Assembly (NCBI GenBank): GCA_963665775.2 | Contig: CAXXTF010000002.1 | Location: 1,024,001 to 1,088,000, forward strand | Length of the DNA stretch: 64,000 nt | DNA from: Dehalococcoidia bacterium | GTDB lineage: Bacteria > Chloroflexota > Dehalococcoidia > SM23-28-2 > RBG-16-64-32 | Direction: 5' to 3' | Part shown: in pieces, positions 48,160 to 58,524 of the stretch | How positions within the stretch are numbered: the first letter of the stretch is position 1 | Layout: every line of letters begins with the position of its first letter | Made by a program: the position numbers and the translations under genes | The notes under the pieces: generated by a model | What the model saw: the letters and a program-made list of their open reading frames with translations, nothing else | Database searches by the model: none | What the model was told of the DNA's origin: nothing

Positions 48160-48831
48160 ATGAGCGACGCGCGACTTCTCCATGCGGACCTGCACAGCCA
48201 CACCCACTACTCGCCGGACGGCATCATCTCGCCGCGGCGGTTCGTGGAAGCCTGCCGCCAGAAGGGGATCGACTGCGTGGCGGTGACCGACCATAATACG
48301 ATCCGGGGTGCACTGGCGGTGCGCGAGTTAGCAGACTTCCGAGTCATCGTGGGCGAGGAGATACGGTCAGCTGACGGCGAGATTATCGGCCTGTTTCTCA
48401 CGGAGGAGGTACCCCGAGGGCTGCCAGCGGAGGAGACCATCGAGCGGGTGAAGGGCCAGGGCGGTCTGGTCGGCATCCCGCATCCCTACGACCGGCTTCG
48501 CAGCGCCCTGCGACACGAGGAGATGCTGCGCCTGGCCGAACGGATCGACTTTATCGAGGCGCTCAACGCTCGCATAGTGTTCCCCGGCAATAACGATAAG
48601 GCGGGTCGCTTTGCCCAGGAGCATGGCCTGGCCATCTCGGCGGGCAGCGACGCCCACTCCCCTGGGGAGTTCGGGCGAACCTACGTCGAGATGCGGGAGT
48701 TCGACGGCGCACCGGATTTCCTGGAAGCGTTGCGCGGGGGCAGGCTCATCGGCAAGCTGTCGAGCCCACTGGTGCACTTCTGGACCCGCTACGCCGTCTT
48801 GCGACGAAAGCTGGGCTGGAGGCCGGCCTAG
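48160..48831 (+). CDS. PHP-domain metal-dependent phosphoesterase
   Basis: DLHSHTHYSPDG, AVTDHN, GEEI, PHPYD, GSDAH. Confidence 0.9.
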   Translation: MSDARLLHADLHSHTHYSPDGIISPRRFVEACRQKGIDCVAVTDHNTIRGALAVRELADFRVIVGEEIRSADGEIIGLFLTEEVPRGLPAEETIERVKGQGGLVGIPHPYDRLRSALRHEEMLRLAERIDFIEALNARIVFPGNNDKAGRFAQEHGLAISAGSDAHSPGEFGRTYVEMREFDGAPDFLEALRGGRLIGKLSSPLVHFWTRYAVLRRKLGWRPA

Positions 48832-49656
48832 ATGCTGACGCTGGGCTGGTTCTCCACCGCTCGCGGACCCACCTCGCGCCAGCTGCTGGCCGCCGCCCAG
48901 GACGAGATCGCGGCAGGGCGGCTGCAAGCGCGCATCAACGTCGTCTTCTGCAACCGCGAGCCGGGGGAAGACCCGCAGACGGACGCCTTCCTGGAACAGG
49001 TGCGGGGCTACGGCCTGCCCCTCGTCTGTTTGTCTTACTCCCGCTACCGCCGGGAGCGTGGCCTGCCGCTTGCCAGAAAGGGCGCGCCCCTGCCGGCCTG
49101 GCGTCACGACTATGACCGCGAGGTGATGCGGCTGCTGGAGCCTTACGCCTTCGATCTCGGCGTCCTGGCGGGCTACATGCTGATAAACACCGACATGATG
49201 TGCAACCGCTACGACATGCTGAACCTGCATCCGGCAGCCCCGGGCGGCCCCGCCGGGATGTGGCAGGACGTCATCTGGGAACTTATTGAGTCTCGGGCAC
49301 AGAAGTCTGGCGTGATGATGCACCTGGCGACGCCGGAGCTGGACGCGGGCCCGCCCGTGACCTTCTGCTCCTATCCCATCCGCGGCGATGCCTTCGAGGA
49401 GCGGTGGCGGGAGATCGAGAGTCGACGCGTCGCCGAGGTGCGAGCGGCGGAGGGGGAGGAGCATGCGCTGTTCAAGGAGATCCGCCGGCACGGCGTGGCG
49501 CGGGAGCTGCCGCTCGTGGTGGAGACGCTGCGGGCCCTCGCCGATGGCCACGTGCATCTCCGCGACAAACGACTCCTCGATGCCGACGGCCGCCACATCC
49601 AGGGCTACGACCTCACGGACGATGTCGAGCGGGTCGTGGCCTCGACGCTGGCCTAG
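48832..49656 (+). CDS. purN: Phosphoribosylglycinamide formyltransferase-like protein (long type)
   Basis: GWFSTARG, VFCNRE, LAGYMLI, LNLHPAAP, GVMMHL..ELDAGP, RELPL. Confidence 0.75.
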   Translation: MLTLGWFSTARGPTSRQLLAAAQDEIAAGRLQARINVVFCNREPGEDPQTDAFLEQVRGYGLPLVCLSYSRYRRERGLPLARKGAPLPAWRHDYDREVMRLLEPYAFDLGVLAGYMLINTDMMCNRYDMLNLHPAAPGGPAGMWQDVIWELIESRAQKSGVMMHLATPELDAGPPVTFCSYPIRGDAFEERWREIESRRVAEVRAAEGEEHALFKEIRRHGVARELPLVVETLRALADGHVHLRDKRLLDADGRHIQGYDLTDDVERVVASTLA

Positions 49657-49729
49657 GATCGTTTTTCGACGACCGGGCGGCTGCGGTATAATATCTAGCG
49701 CCGATCGGCGTTCTGCCCTGGAGGATTAC

Positions 49730-50089
49730 ATGAGATGTGCAGTCTGTGGAGCCTATGGAGCCCTGGAAGATAACTTCTGCCGCCGCTGCGGCGCTGGCCA
49801 GCACACCTCGCGCTTGCCCGTGAAACGGACGCCGGCCCTGCCGACCCCGTGGCGACAGGCGGCTCCGGCCCTGGCCCAAAGCGCCGCCCTCGTCGTGGCC
49901 GGAGTGGCCGCCGAGTGGCTCCTGCGCAGAGCGGCCACGCGAGTGCTGCGGCTGCCCCTGGATCTCCTGGGACAGCCCGCGCGCCCGAAGAGCAAGGCGC
50001 TGGCGCTGCGCGGGCGGAAGCCCGCATCCGAGGGCGCCCTGGCGATCAGCGAGACCGTGGTGATGCGCCGGATCATCCTCCGCCGCTAG
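49730..50089 (+). CDS. Small zinc-ribbon protein with central hydrophobic segment
   Basis: GGAGG RBS, MRCAVC..NFCRRCG, upstream TATAAT at 49687-49692. Confidence 0.7.
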   Translation: MRCAVCGAYGALEDNFCRRCGAGQHTSRLPVKRTPALPTPWRQAAPALAQSAALVVAGVAAEWLLRRAATRVLRLPLDLLGQPARPKSKALALRGRKPASEGALAISETVVMRRIILRR

Positions 50090-50145
50090 ATCCCCTACCG
50101 CCGAACCCCCCATAACGTCCGGTCTAAGTCCTCCTGCGCCCTTTG

Positions 50146-50173
50146 TTGACAAATTATCGGCTTCAGCTAGAAT
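50146..50173 (+). promoter_or_regulatory. Sigma70-type promoter
   Basis: TTGACA-16 nt-TAGAAT upstream of the surface protein gene. Confidence 0.55.
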
Positions 50174-50211
50174 GTACGTGACCAATCCTCCTGAAAGCCT
50201 CAGGCTCTCTA

Positions 50212-52428
50212 TTGAGCACACTCAGGTTTCTCGCTGTCGGAGTTGTCGCCGCCCTCCTCGCCGTCGGCTGGCAGTCGGCCAGGGCCGACGAACTGCTGAC
50301 CAACGGCGGCTTCGAGGCCGGCATCGCGGGATGGGAGGCAACCCAGGGAGAGCTCACGACAGTGGGATCGCCGGCACATGGCGGCTCGGCCGGCGGCCGG
50401 CTTAGCGGCGATTCCCCGCAAGTTCACGAAGTGTACCAGTGGCTGGAGGTGGCACCCGGTCAGACGTACACGTTCAGCGGCTGGGTCGTTCTCAACGACG
50501 CTACGGTCGAGCGGATATTCCTGCGGATACGCTGGTTCGACAACGGCGGCTCGCTGATCAGCTCCACGGATTCTCCGTGGTTGACGACCCTGGACAGTGC
50601 CTACCACTCCCTGAGCACCGGCCCACAGATATCGCCTCCGGCTGCGGTGACAGCACGAGTGGGGGTGATGATACAGCCCCTTAACGAGCTGTTCACGGTC
50701 TACCTTGATGACTTCTCGTTCCAGGGCCCGGCGCCACCCACCCCCACCCCCACGCCCTCTCCGACGCCAGCTCCAACGCCCACACCCGCGCCCACACCCA
50801 CGCCCACACCGACGCTTTCGCCTGTGCCCACGCCACCCGCCACGGTCACCCCCGCTCCTACATCCGCGCCCACACCCGCGCCGTCGCTCACGCCAACGTC
50901 CACACCCACACCCGCCCCATTGCCCACACCTGCACCTACAACCGCGCCCATGCCTACACCCTCGCCTTCTCCCGGCCCCACACCGGCACCGACGCCCACA
51001 CCCACGCCTACACCCCTACCTACATCGACCCCGACCGCCGCTCCCCCACCCGAGCCCCCCGTCTTCCCGGCGCTGGCCAACGGCGGCTTCGAGGAGATGC
51101 GACCCGACGGTACGCCCTTCGGCTGGCGAAAGTTCGGTGGTACGATGGCCCTCACCACTACCCCCCGCACCCAGGGCACATTCGCTCTCGCCTTCGCCTC
51201 CCAAACGAGCTCCACCAAGTGGGCCTACCAGGCGGTCGCCCTGCAAGGCGGCTCCTACTACAACCTGTCCGCCCAGGCGCTGATCGCCGACCCCGCTGCC
51301 GCAGCGGTATTCCTGCGCCTCTCCTGGTACAGCAGCCCGGACGGTAGTGGCGCAGCGCTAGGCTCGGTCGATTCCACGCACACCCTCAATTCAGACCAGC
51401 CGGCCTTCCGTCCACTCACCACCGGCTCCGTTCAGGCACCCGCCGAGGCCCGATCCGCCAGGATCAGGCTCATGCTCCGCCCGGCCTCGGCGGCGCCCAC
51501 CACCGTCTACTTCGATGCCGTGACCTTTCTCCAAACGGCCCCACCGACCTCCTCCTCGCCGATGTCCGAATCGACACCCACGGCCACTCCACAACCAACG
51601 CCCGCTCCTGAACCCGCCGTCTTCCCGGCGCTGGCCAACGGCGGCTTCGAGGAGATGCGACCCGACGGTACGCCCTTCGGCTGGCGAAAGTTCGGCGGCA
51701 CGATGGCCCTCACCACTACCCCCCGCGCCCAGGGCACGTTCGCTCTCGCCTTCGCCTCCCAAACGAGCTCTACCAAGTGAGCCTACCAGGCCGTCGCCCT
51801 GCAAGGCGGCTCCTACTACAACCTGTCCGCCCAGGCGCTGATCGCCGACCCCGCTGCCGCAGCGGTATTCCTGCGCCTCTCCTGGTACAGCAGCCCGGAC
51901 GGTAGTGGCGCAGCGCTAGGCTCGGTCGATTCCACGCACACCCTCGATTCAGACCAGCCGACGTTCCGGCCGCTGACCACCGGCTCCGTCCAGGCACCTG
52001 CCGAGGCCCGATCCGCCAGGATCAGACTCATGCTCCGCCCAGCCTCGGCGGCGCCCACCACCGTCTACTTCGATGCCGTGACCTTTCTCCAAACGGCCCC
52101 ACCGACCTCCCCCTCGCCAACATCGCCACCGACCGCAACAGCCGGAGAGGCGAGCACCCCCAGACCCACGCCGACCGAGGGTGGGTCGAGCGACCTCCTG
52201 CCATCGCCAATCGCGCCGTTGGGCGATGGTTCCACCCCAGGCCCGGTAGGATTGGCCAATCTGAGGGCAGAGGCACTTCCGCCGGCGCTGGAGCCGACGG
52301 CTACTGGAGGGAGAAGCTATGGCTGGGCGGTGGCACTGGCTGTGGCGGTGCCCCTGGCAACCATAGCCGTTGCGGCTGGCTACGAGCGCTGGCAGCGCCT
52401 TGCTGGCAGAGACAGGAAGAACCTATAA
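50212..52428 (+). pseudogene. Secreted, C-terminally anchored protein with three CBM4/9-like (galactose-binding fold) domains and Pro/Thr linkers, interrupted by TGA at 51778-51780
   Basis: Signal peptide, L(T/A)NGGFE..W starts and (V)Y(L/F)D ends for three domains, and a PT-rich linker. The frame continues past the TGA to a TM segment plus basic tail ending at 52428. Confidence 0.75.
51061..52118. repeat. Near-identical ~500-bp internal duplication (period 558 bp)
   Basis: 51061-51560 and 51619-52118 both start GTCTTCCCGGCGCTGGCCAACGGCGGCTTC. Confidence 0.93.
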
Positions 52429-52436
52429 TCGAGACG

Positions 52437-53171
52437 ATGGGCGAAACGGCGAATGCTCTCGGTGGAAGGAAGGATAAGCTTTCGCAGCCGTCGCTCCCTC
52501 GGGTAATCGCCCTGGACGGGCCCGCCGCCGCCGGCAAGAGCACCGTTGGCCGGCAGGTGGCAGAGGCCTTAGGTTATCCCTTTCTTGACACGGGCGCCAT
52601 GTATCGGGCCATCACCTGGACGGCGTTGCGGCGCGGGATCGACCTCGGCAACGAGGATGCCCTGACTCGGCTGGCGGCATCGGTGCGAATGGAGGTCGGC
52701 CCTCCCTCGCCCGGCTCTATAGAAGCGTGCACGATCAGTGTCGATGGCGAGGACGTGACGGAGCGGCTACGCCAGCCGGAGGTGGAGGCAGCGGTGTCCC
52801 AGGTGTCCAGCATCTCCGGGGTGAGACAAGCGCTGGTAACTCTCCAACGGGGGCTGGCCGGGCAACGGCCGGTGGTGATGGCCGGCCGGGACATCGGGAC
52901 GGTGGTGATGCCGGACGCGGACCTAAAGGTGTACCTGGACGCCTCCGTGAAGGAGAGGGCGCTTCGGCGGCACCGGGAGCTTTCGGCCCTGAAGCAAGAG
53001 ATCGCGCCGGAGACCGTGCTGGCGGAGCTGCGCCGTCGCGACCGAATCGACTCCCAGCGAGCGGAATCGCCGCTGCAGGCCGCTGAGGACGCCGTCGTCA
53101 TCAACACGGATAGCCTGTCTCTGGACGAAGTCGTACAGATGGTACTGGAGCAGCTGGAAGGTTTGCCGTGA
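52437..53171 (+). CDS. cmk: Cytidylate kinase
   Basis: IALDGPAAAGKST, LDTGAMYRA, GRDIGTVV, RRDRIDSQRAESPL. Confidence 0.95.
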   Translation: MGETANALGGRKDKLSQPSLPRVIALDGPAAAGKSTVGRQVAEALGYPFLDTGAMYRAITWTALRRGIDLGNEDALTRLAASVRMEVGPPSPGSIEACTISVDGEDVTERLRQPEVEAAVSQVSSISGVRQALVTLQRGLAGQRPVVMAGRDIGTVVMPDADLKVYLDASVKERALRRHRELSALKQEIAPETVLAELRRRDRIDSQRAESPLQAAEDAVVINTDSLSLDEVVQMVLEQLEGLP

Positions 53172-53857
53172 AGGACCGGCTGCACATCCTCTTCTACTGG
53201 CTCCATGTCCGGACCTGGGGCGGGTCAATCATCTGGCTGACAACCAACCGTGCTGCAAAAGGGCGAAAGAATATCCCCCGCGGGGGACCGGTGATCCTGG
53301 CTAGCAACCATCTCAACCTGGCTGATCCGCCCATCCTGATGTCGGTAGTACCGCGGCGCATAATCTGGATGACTAAGCAAGAGCTATTCGACGCCCCGGT
53401 AATCGGCCTCCTCTACTACTCGGTCGGCTTCATCCCTGTGCGCCGTGGCAGGACAAACCTGCGAGCCCTCCGCCAGTCGGAGCAGACCCTGCGCAAGGGA
53501 TGCCTGCTGGGGATGTTCCCGGAAGGGACGCGGGGCACTAATCGCGGCCTGCAAAAGGCCGAGGCGGGGACAGCCCTCCTGGCCCTACGGAGCGGGGCGC
53601 CGGTGTTGCCTGTGGCCATCTGGGGCAGCGAGGTCATCAAGCTGCCTGCGTCTTTCTTCAAGCGAACCCGAGTGAACGTAGTCTTCGGGGAGCCGTTCCA
53701 GTTAACGAAATCGGAGCGGCCTACGAAAGAGCAGGTGGCGGCGGGCGCGGATGAGATAATGAGGCGGATCGCCGCCCTGCTGCCCGTCGACTACCGGGGC
53801 GTATACGGAGAGGGTTCAGCCGATGCGGTCTCCACCGCTGATGGGAAAGCCCGATAG
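53168..53857 (+). CDS. plsC: 1-acyl-sn-glycerol-3-phosphate acyltransferase
   Basis: SNHLNLAD (HX4D), FIPVRR, FPEGTR, VLPVAI. Confidence 0.88.
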   Translation: MKDRLHILFYWLHVRTWGGSIIWLTTNRAAKGRKNIPRGGPVILASNHLNLADPPILMSVVPRRIIWMTKQELFDAPVIGLLYYSVGFIPVRRGRTNLRALRQSEQTLRKGCLLGMFPEGTRGTNRGLQKAEAGTALLALRSGAPVLPVAIWGSEVIKLPASFFKRTRVNVVFGEPFQLTKSERPTKEQVAAGADEIMRRIAALLPVDYRGVYGEGSADAVSTADGKAR

Positions 53858-53985
53858 GTAACCCGATGCTGCGGGCAGAGCTACGGTTCCGGCCTGAGCC
53901 GCAGGGATGGAAACGGACCGGCGGCAGCAACCACAAGCTCCTGGGGACGTTTCCTAAGAGGAACGTCGTCGGAGGGGGTTAGCTC

Positions 53986-55827
53986 ATGTGCGGAATCATC
54001 GGCTATGTGGGTACGCGAGAGGCCGCGCCTGTTCTCGTGGAGGGGCTGAAGCGACTCGAGTACCGCGGCTACGACAGCGCCGGCATCGCTGTTCTGGAGC
54101 AGAACGGCGGCCTCACACTCCACAAGCGGGTCGGGAAGCTGGATAGGCTCACCGCCGCCCTGTCTAACCGCTGGCCCCCTGGTCGCCAGGGGATCGGCCA
54201 CACGCGTTGGGCCACGCACGGCAAGCCCAGCGATATAAACGCTCACCCCCACACCGACTGCGGCGGAGGCGTGGTGGTGATCCACAACGGCATCGTGGAG
54301 AACCACCGGCAGCTGAAAGAGCGCCTACAGGCGGCCGGCCACCACCTAACCTCGGAGACGGACACGGAGGTGATCCCACATCTCATCGAGGAGCACCTGC
54401 GGAGCAGCAGCGACTTGGAAGCGGCGTTGGGCCAGGCCATCCGGGAGCTGTCCGGGGCCCACGCTATCCTGGCGATGAGCACCGCCGAGCCGGGCACGAT
54501 AGTGGCTGCCCGCGTGGGCAACGCCGGAGGAGTCGTGGTGGGCTATGGTCACGGCGAGAACTACCTGGCCAGCGACCTTCCCGCGCTGCTCCCCCATACC
54601 AGGCAAGTCGTCTTCCTAGAGGACGGCGATATCGCCCGCGTGACAGCCCGCAGCGTCTCCTACTCGCGAGACAAGCGCCACCTAGAAAGAGAGTCACAGC
54701 AGGTACCATACGACCCCGTCTCGGCGGCCAAGGGGAGCTACAAGCACTTCATGCTGAAGGAGCTGATGGAGCAGCCGGAGGCGATCCTGGACACGCTCAG
54801 GGGCCGAGCCCTCTTCGCGGAGGCGAGGGTCGCGCTGGAGGACGTGAAGCTGAGTCGCGCCCGGCTTCGCCGGATCAGACGGGCCATCCTGGTGGGCATG
54901 GGCACCAGCCTGAACGCCGCGACGGTGGGCCGCCACTATCTGGAGCGGATCGCTGGTATCCCGGCGGAGGTGGAGAACGCCTCCGAGCTGCGCGCCCGGC
55001 AGCCCCTCATCGGCCCGGACACCCTGGTCATCTCGGTCAGCCAGTCCGGGGAGACGGTGGACACCCTGGCGGCCATGGAAGAAGCGAGAGAGAAGGGCTG
55101 CCCTCAGGTGACCATCTGCAACGTCATCGGCAGCCAAGCCGCCCGGCTGGCAGATGGCACCGTCTACACCCGCAGCGGGCTGGAGATCGGGGTGGCCAGC
55201 ACCAAGACTTACACGGCCGCCATCACGGCCCTCTATCTGCTAGCCTGCTACCTGGGCCAGGCACGAGGCGTCATCGACCGGGAGCGCATGGGCGGGTTGC
55301 TGGAGCCGCTGGCCCGACTCCCCTTCCTGGCGGGAGAGGTCATCAAGCGCAACAACGAGTACGAACGCCTGGCTCACAAGATGTTTCGCTACAACAACTT
55401 CCTATACCTGGGCCGGGGCATCCAGTACCCGGTGGCTATGGAGGGGGCGCTGAAGCTGAAAGAGGTCAGCTACATTCACGCCGAGGGGTATCTAGCGGGA
55501 GAGATGAAACACGGACCCATCGCCCTCATCGATCGCGAGATGCCCGTCATCGCCCTCGCTCCGCGGGACGGCCTGTACGACAAGATGATAAGCAACATCG
55601 AGCAGATTAAGGCACGGGAAGGCACCGTGATCGCAATCGCGACGGAAGGCGATCGGGAGCTAGAAGCGAAGGCCGACCACGTATTGTACGTGCCGGCGAC
55701 GGTTCCCTTGCTCGCCCCGGTGCTCACGTCGATACCCCTGCAGATGTTCGCCTATCACGTGGCTGTGCGACGCGGTTGCGACGTAGACCAGCCACGGAAC
55801 CTGGCCAAGACAGTCACGGTAGAGTAA
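53986..55827 (+). CDS. glmS: Glutamine--fructose-6-phosphate transaminase
   Basis: MCGIIG, LEYRGYDSAG, GHTRWATHG, SQSGET, VASTK, EGALKLKE, KHGPIAL, DQPRNLAKTVTVE. Confidence 0.97.
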   Translation: MCGIIGYVGTREAAPVLVEGLKRLEYRGYDSAGIAVLEQNGGLTLHKRVGKLDRLTAALSNRWPPGRQGIGHTRWATHGKPSDINAHPHTDCGGGVVVIHNGIVENHRQLKERLQAAGHHLTSETDTEVIPHLIEEHLRSSSDLEAALGQAIRELSGAHAILAMSTAEPGTIVAARVGNAGGVVVGYGHGENYLASDLPALLPHTRQVVFLEDGDIARVTARSVSYSRDKRHLERESQQVPYDPVSAAKGSYKHFMLKELMEQPEAILDTLRGRALFAEARVALEDVKLSRARLRRIRRAILVGMGTSLNAATVGRHYLERIAGIPAEVENASELRARQPLIGPDTLVISVSQSGETVDTLAAMEEAREKGCPQVTICNVIGSQAARLADGTVYTRSGLEIGVASTKTYTAAITALYLLACYLGQARGVIDRERMGGLLEPLARLPFLAGEVIKRNNEYERLAHKMFRYNNFLYLGRGIQYPVAMEGALKLKEVSYIHAEGYLAGEMKHGPIALIDREMPVIALAPRDGLYDKMISNIEQIKAREGTVIAIATEGDRELEAKADHVLYVPATVPLLAPVLTSIPLQMFAYHVAVRRGCDVDQPRNLAKTVTVE

Positions 55828-56028
55828 GAGTAGCCCCAAGGCAGTACCTAGAGGGCACAGCGCCAGGCCCGGCAAGCCCTGCCCTTGCCGCAGACGCTCG
55901 CTGCTCTGGATAACGCTTCAGGGGGCACCTTGATCGCGCGAGCGCACCCGCCTTTTTTAGCCCTCCTCAGGCATCCTTCCCTTTCCAGCGATAAATCCTG
56001 TCTATGGCAGAGGATCACATCGATTCGG

Positions 56029-56057
56029 TGGACAGGCATTGACACCGCCGCTATAAT
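56029..56057 (+). promoter_or_regulatory. Sigma70-type promoter of ppsA
   Basis: TGGACA-17 nt-TATAAT. Confidence 0.55.
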
Positions 56058-56119
56058 TGGGCTGTTCTGCGCCTGGTGCTACGGCAGCGGAAGCGGGCAT
56101 CTTATCAGGGAGGGAGCTT

Positions 56120-58432
56120 ATGAAGCTGGTGGTCTGGTTCCCCGAGGTAGGCAAGGACGACGTAGGTCGTGTCGGAGGAAAGGGAGCAAATCTAGGGGAA
56201 CTAACCAGAGCCGGCATCCCCGTGCCGCCAGGATTCATCCTCACCGCCAACGCCTACTTTCAGCTCCTTGAGGAATCAGGTCTGAAGGCCAAGATCCAGG
56301 GCCTTCTCACCGGCTTGAATGTCGATGACAGTAACCAGCTCCAGGAGGTGGCTGCTGAGATCAAGGAAGCCATCATCGCTACTCCCATGCCCCAGAAAGT
56401 CGCCTCAGAGGTTACGCGGGCCTATCGGGAGATGGCGGGCGGCCTCGTCGCCGTAAGAAGCTCAGCCACCGCCGAGGACCTGGCGGAGGCCTCCTTCGCG
56501 GGCCAGCAGAGCACCTATCTGAACGTGACGGGCGAGGAGGCGGTAGTACAGGCCGTGCAGGCCTGCTGGGCCTCCCTGTTCGAGGCGCGGGCCATCTTCT
56601 ATCGGGAGAACGGTGGTTTCGACCACCTGGAGGTCGGGATCGCGGTGGTCGTCCAGCGCATGGTGCAATCGGAGCGCTCCGGCGTGATGTTCACGGTAGA
56701 GCCCGTGACCGGGACCCGAGACAAGATAGTAATCGAGGCCCTCTATGGCCTGGGCGAAGCGGTTGTCTCGGGCGCACTGACGCCCGATCTGTACGTGTTC
56801 GACAAAGCAACTTCATCGATCATCGAAAAGACGGCGGCCCGCCAGGAGAAACAACTGATTCGTAACCCGGAGGGCGGACCCGGACAGGAAGATAATATCT
56901 GGTCGCCGGTGCGACCGGAGGAGGCCAGCCTACAGAAGCTAAATGACCAGGAGATAATGTCTCTGGCCAAACTGGGACGTCGAGTGGAGGATCATTACGG
57001 CGCGCCCCAGGACATAGAGTGGGCAGAGGAGCACGGCGAGCTGTTCATCGTCCAGTCGCGGCCGGTGACGGTAACGGCGGCAGGTCCAGCGGAATCGGAA
57101 GCCAGCCTGGCCGCCGAGACGGCGCCGGTCTTGATGGAGGGTTCGCCGGCAGGCCCCGGCGTGGCTTTCGGCCCCGTGACAATCATCGTCGAACCGGCCC
57201 AGATCGACAGGGTACATGAGGGCGACATCCTGGTAGCGGAGATGACGACGCCGGATTTCGTGCCAGCCATGAAACGCGCGGCGGGTATCGTCACGGAGAA
57301 GGGCGGACGTACCTGTCACGCTGCCATCGTCAGCCGGGAGCTGGGAACCCCCTGCGTGGTCGGCGCCGGAATGGCCACAAGAAACCTATCGGAGGGGCAG
57401 CGGGTGACCGTTGACGGCTCACACGGGCTTGTCTACGAGGGGCGAGCGGAGACGCGGCTGGCCTGGGCACAGGAGGAGAAGACGCGATGGGATGCCGCCG
57501 CCAATATCCAGACTGAGACCAAGCTCTACGTGAACCTGGCCGAGGGGAGTGAGGCGAAGGAAGTGGCCAAGATGAACGTGGACGGCGTAGGCCTGCTGCG
57601 GGCCGAATTCATCATCGCCGACCACGTCAAGGAGCACCCGCGGCTGTGCCTCGAGGAAGGCCGGCCCGATGACTTCACCGATAAGCTGGCGGAGGGGCTG
57701 CGCGTCTTCGCCAAGGCATTTTCTCCGCGGCCGGTGATCTACCGGACCACGGACTTCAAGACGAACGAGTACCGCGGCCTGAAGGGCGGCGAAAAGTACG
57801 AGCAGATCGAAGAGAACCCGATGATCGGCTTTCGTGGCGCCTCCCGCTACATCCGTGAAGAGGAGGTGTTTCACCTGGAGGTGAGGGCGATCCAGAAAGT
57901 GCGGGAGCAGTGCCCAAACCTGTGGGTCATGATCCCGTTCGTGCGGACGCCGGAGGAGCTGGCCAGCGTGAAAGCGCTCATGGAGCGGTTCGGCCTGGCT
58001 CGCTCGCCGGATTTCAAGCTCTGGATGATGGCCGAGGTGCCGTCGAATGTATTCCTGCTCGACCGCTTCCTCGATGTGGGGATAGATGGCATCAGCATCG
58101 GCTCTAACGACCTTACCCAGCTCATCCTGGGGATCGACCGGGACAACGCCCGATTCGCGGCGGAGTTCGACGAGCGCAATGAGGCGGTGATGCAGGCCCT
58201 CAAGAAGCTGGTCACGGGGGCGAAGAAGCGCGGGGTGACGGTATCGATCTGCGGGCAGGCGCCGTCGGACTACCCAGAGATGACCCGGAAGCTGGTAGAG
58301 TGGGGAATCACCTCGCTATCGGTGAACCGGGACGTGATCAACAAGACACGACAGATTATCGCCAATGCGGAGGGCCTGCTAGAGGCGCAGGCGGCGGCCT
58401 CGCGGGCGCCCGCTGGCTCTCCGGCTTCCTAG
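56120..58432 (+). CDS. ppsA: Phosphoenolpyruvate synthase
   Basis: VGGKGANLGE, AVRSSATAED, SFAGQQ, QDIEWA, GGRTCHAAIVSRELG, GVGLLRAEF, EENPMIGFRG, SIGSNDLTQ, SICGQAPS. Confidence 0.97.
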   Translation: MKLVVWFPEVGKDDVGRVGGKGANLGELTRAGIPVPPGFILTANAYFQLLEESGLKAKIQGLLTGLNVDDSNQLQEVAAEIKEAIIATPMPQKVASEVTRAYREMAGGLVAVRSSATAEDLAEASFAGQQSTYLNVTGEEAVVQAVQACWASLFEARAIFYRENGGFDHLEVGIAVVVQRMVQSERSGVMFTVEPVTGTRDKIVIEALYGLGEAVVSGALTPDLYVFDKATSSIIEKTAARQEKQLIRNPEGGPGQEDNIWSPVRPEEASLQKLNDQEIMSLAKLGRRVEDHYGAPQDIEWAEEHGELFIVQSRPVTVTAAGPAESEASLAAETAPVLMEGSPAGPGVAFGPVTIIVEPAQIDRVHEGDILVAEMTTPDFVPAMKRAAGIVTEKGGRTCHAAIVSRELGTPCVVGAGMATRNLSEGQRVTVDGSHGLVYEGRAETRLAWAQEEKTRWDAAANIQTETKLYVNLAEGSEAKEVAKMNVDGVGLLRAEFIIADHVKEHPRLCLEEGRPDDFTDKLAEGLRVFAKAFSPRPVIYRTTDFKTNEYRGLKGGEKYEQIEENPMIGFRGASRYIREEEVFHLEVRAIQKVREQCPNLWVMIPFVRTPEELASVKALMERFGLARSPDFKLWMMAEVPSNVFLLDRFLDVGIDGISIGSNDLTQLILGIDRDNARFAAEFDERNEAVMQALKKLVTGAKKRGVTVSICGQAPSDYPEMTRKLVEWGITSLSVNRDVINKTRQIIANAEGLLEAQAAASRAPAGSPAS

Positions 58433-58524
58433 ACACTGATCGGGATCGCGCGCGGCGCCGGAAATGCCGGGGCCATCCCCAAAAACGAGGTTACTCTTTT
58501 TAGCGTAAGGGGCTTTCGGATACG

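Noticed and set aside
50730-51050. C-rich low-complexity DNA as a non-coding repeat
   Set aside because: Explained by the Pro/Thr linker of the surface protein.
51778-51780. Selenocysteine or UGA=Trp recoding
   Set aside because: The paralogous position is Trp, not Cys, and many genes here (topA, efp, rpoD) end in TGA at their expected C-termini.
53858-53985. glmS ribozyme upstream of glmS
   Set aside because: The conserved AGCGCC..GACGAGG core is absent; only generic hairpins are present.
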